This document shows positions 62,216-64,000 of a stretch of 64,000 bases of DNA, in pieces. The notes beneath the pieces were generated by a model. The model saw only the letters and a list, made by a program, of their open reading frames with translations. It was not told the origin of the DNA and did no database searches. The stretch is from Malacoraja senta (Eukaryota), in NCBI GenBank assembly GCA_038087875.1, contig CM075977.1, positions 310,434,001 through 310,498,000 of the forward strand, in the 5' to 3' direction. The position numbers were made by a program, and so were the translations under genes. The number at the start of each line of letters is the position of its first letter. The first letter of the stretch is position 1.

Positions 62216-63346
62216 TCGTAATTCCCAGCAATGAAGACGCATTTTTTACCCCAAAATAAGGCATGAAAATTTACCTGCGTCTTGGAGGCAGAAGGTTAGG
62301 TTGTTAGTCAAGAAAGATATACTTGGCTACCCTCAGTACAGCAACATCAAGAACGGGTGACCCGACCTTTTCCCTGTCGGGTCTCTGTTGTCGTTGGGGC
62401 CTAGCACCGTGGAGCGGCCTCCAACCGGAAAAACCTGGAGGCTCCAGTCGCGGAGCCTGTGGACTTACCATCGTGGGGCTGGCCGGCTTCGGAGCGTGGA
62501 CAGCTGCGGTGGCACGCGGCTGTGACCCGACTCCGGAGCTTGGAGGCTCCAGTCGCAGGTTCGGTGGACGGAGACATCGGGAGCTCGCGGGTCTCAGATG
62601 GGAGACCGCTTTTCGGAGCTCCCGTAACGGCAACTTCTCCCACCCGAGTTGCGGGGTTGAAAATGACCTAGAGCGGGGCCTTGCATCGCCCGGCGCGGCT
62701 TTAACGGCTGCGGGACTTGCCATCGCCCGCCGGGGGCTCCAACATTAAGTCGGAATTTAAGGATTTGCAGGAAGCGGCTGACATGAGCGAGGCCGGCAAG
62801 CGGCAGGAGAGAGGTGTTCAGACGGAGACCACTGCCAGAGGTGAGTGGGCCGGCAGAAGGCGCTGAGGTGGCGGCTGCTTGCAGCCACCCGAGCTACTTC
62901 CCCCCGGCCACAATGCGGTGGCTCCGCGCCCGGAACGCCGCGGCAGTGGTGAGTGAGTGAGTTACTGGCATGATCCCCGACCCCCTCCTTCTCAACGCTC
63001 CTACCCGTGCTGATCCAGGCCAGACTCCCCACAGGCGATAAAAGGAACTCTCCCCCCAATTGGCCAATTGAACTAGTATTGTCATTCAATAATATCACAA
63101 CTGATTCAATTTGTCCCGGTGTGCTCCCGTTTTCCCCACCATCTCTCCACCTGCCGTCACCCTCCACCCCTCACCCATTCAGTAATTCAGAAAGAAGGAG
63201 ATTTGGAAGCCTTGGGCAAATTGAATTGTTCCTTTCTTTATTTTTACTTTTTATTTTATGTCCCGCCAGCCTTTTTTCAAAATTTAGCAACTCGAAATGG
63301 GGGTGCGTCTTCGACGCAGGTGCGTCTTCATTGACGGGGAATACGG
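62216..63346. mobile_element. Tc1/mariner-type (pogo/Tc2-like) non-autonomous element with a GC-rich interior
   Basis: TA|TCGTAATTCCCAGCAATGAAGACGCA / TGCGTCTTCATTGACGGGGAATACGG|TA. Confidence 0.75.
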
Positions 63347-63944
63347 TAACTGCAGTTGAATTTGAGCATTCAGCATCGGCACCAGCACAAATGTTAAATC
63401 CAAATGCAGCATTTGGGAGAGGGTGATGCCTTTAAATTAAATATTTTTGGAGCATTAAATTATGCAAAACAACATGGACAGGTAGGTACAGACATAAAGG
63501 TTTAGAGGGATATGGGCCAAATATAGGTAAATTTCTCTGGTGTAATACTCTACGACTCCAACTAACGACTATGAAACATGATTTCAATAATCATGAAATG
63601 TAACTATTTATTTTCTTCCCCAACTCTGTTCATATTAAATGCAGTTAATAAATAAGCAGCACAATGAATAATGAATAATTTTCTGCATAGTTAGGAATAT
63701 GAAAGCAATGTAAAGAGAAAATACGTATATTTATACACGAGGAGGCAACACAGAGCAGAAAGTGGGCATTCAGCTTAATATAACTTTTCCAGGTCCTTGA
63801 AAGACTTCCATGTAGTCGCGGTCCCTTGCTCCTTTCCGCTACACACATTTCTTCCTCAGTGAGGAAGCCAATTACCTTTCATATATTTCCATCAACTCTG
63901 CTTTTATCTCAGTCCATATCATAATCATTGGCTCCATAAGGAAT

Positions 63945-64000
63945 GTGTAGGAAGGAACTGCAGATGCTGGTTTAAACCGAAGATAGACACAAAAAGCTGG
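63945..64000 (-). mobile_element. Penelope-derived 3' unit, runs off the window
   Basis: TGTGTAGGAAGGAACTGCAGATGCTGGTTTAAACC matches 28725 and 57076. Confidence 0.7.

Overview
Eukaryotic, repeat-dominated DNA with no host protein-coding gene that I can support. The repeat set (HE1-type V-SINEs, many CR1 LINEs with short tandem tails) suggests a cartilaginous fish, probably a skate or ray; this is an inference. Main contents: a decayed class I endogenous retrovirus with a tRNA-Pro PBS, an L1 with a near-intact ORF2 flanked by a ~498-bp direct duplication, two internally deleted Gypsy LTR elements, the 5' part of a DIRS element, non-autonomous Helitrons, Harbinger/hAT/Tc-mariner MITEs, and many Penelope-derived fragments carrying a minimal hammerhead-ribozyme motif. 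Several of those fragments are ~95-130 bp units with their own target-site duplications. Four N gaps (8725-8924, 30637-30872, 42746-42907, 49681-49880) truncate several elements. All calls were made by eye; no database search was run and many boundaries are approximate.
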